NCBI GenBank assembly: GCA_964551895.1
Contig: CAZKEX010000001.1
Location: 5,020-45,698, forward strand
Length of the DNA: 40,679 nucleotides
Direction of reading: 5' to 3'
DNA from: an uncultured Caldilineaceae bacterium
GTDB taxonomy: Bacteria; Chloroflexota; Anaerolineae; Caldilineales; Caldilineaceae
Shown: in pieces, positions 40,635 through 40,679 of the stretch
Layout: the number at the start of each line of letters is the position of its first letter
Numbering within the stretch: position 1 is the first letter of the stretch
Position numbers and translations under genes: made by a program
The notes under the pieces: model-generated
What the model was told of the DNA's origin: nothing
Seen by the model: only the letters and a program-made list of their open reading frames with translations
The model's database searches: none

Positions 40635-40679
40635 GAAATAGGCCACGGATTTAACGGATACAACGGATCAAAACGGATC

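Overview
This is a high-GC (~65%) bacterial chromosomal window. Gene content and the PT-linker-rich surface proteins suggest a Chloroflexota-like organism, but the taxon cannot be proven from the sequence. I call 28 protein-coding genes and find no rRNA, tRNA, CRISPR array, transposase or integrase.

Genes, left to right:
- a partial membrane protein and a secreted hypothetical protein
- a ~2,250-aa surface adhesin with an apparent N-terminal thioester (Cys/TQxA-like) domain, SdrD-B/Cna-B repeats, seven DUF11-like repeats and a GEVED motif
- a LysM protein
- a phosphotransferase plus ACAD10/11-type acyl-CoA dehydrogenase pair
- three small genes: an acidic/poly-Lys protein, GlsB/YeaQ, and DUF2087
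- a MOCOS/NifS-like PLP enzyme, msrB, a C39-like/TPR lipoprotein, murJ and a hypothetical protein
- a [NiFe]-hydrogenase maturation cluster on the minus strand (hypB ... hypF-hypC-hypD-hypE)
- an SDR, a sphingosine-1-phosphate-lyase-like PLP enzyme and a PlsC-type acyltransferase

Main finding: the hyp cluster is split by an ~8.8-kb island (27.46-36.30 kb) of clearly lower GC (~45-52%). The island encodes:
- a Cys-less Crp/Fnr regulator
- a lipoprotein
- two apparently paralogous 8-TM proteins
- a 513-aa 12-TM protein whose His pattern (TM2 His; TM6 GHLH; His after TM7; TM10 HWH) resembles heme-copper oxidase/NOR subunit I without its canonical CuB motifs
- an FGE/SUMF1 (NirV-like) lipoprotein translationally coupled to the 12-TM protein
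- a heme O synthase
- two more membrane proteins
I propose this is an undescribed heme(-metal) membrane oxidoreductase module.

Second theme: the window has an unusually dense load of short repeats.
- Inverted paired arrays of heptamer/octamer repeats sit between genes and lie in-frame inside hypF.
- Two near-identical 143-bp palindromic elements are present, with diverged relatives.
- There are several hairpin/MITE-like families and a 2 x 102-bp tandem repeat.
- Some repeats supply Shine-Dalgarno sequences, stop codons or C-terminal codons to neighbouring genes.

All functional calls rest on motif recognition by eye. No database search was possible.
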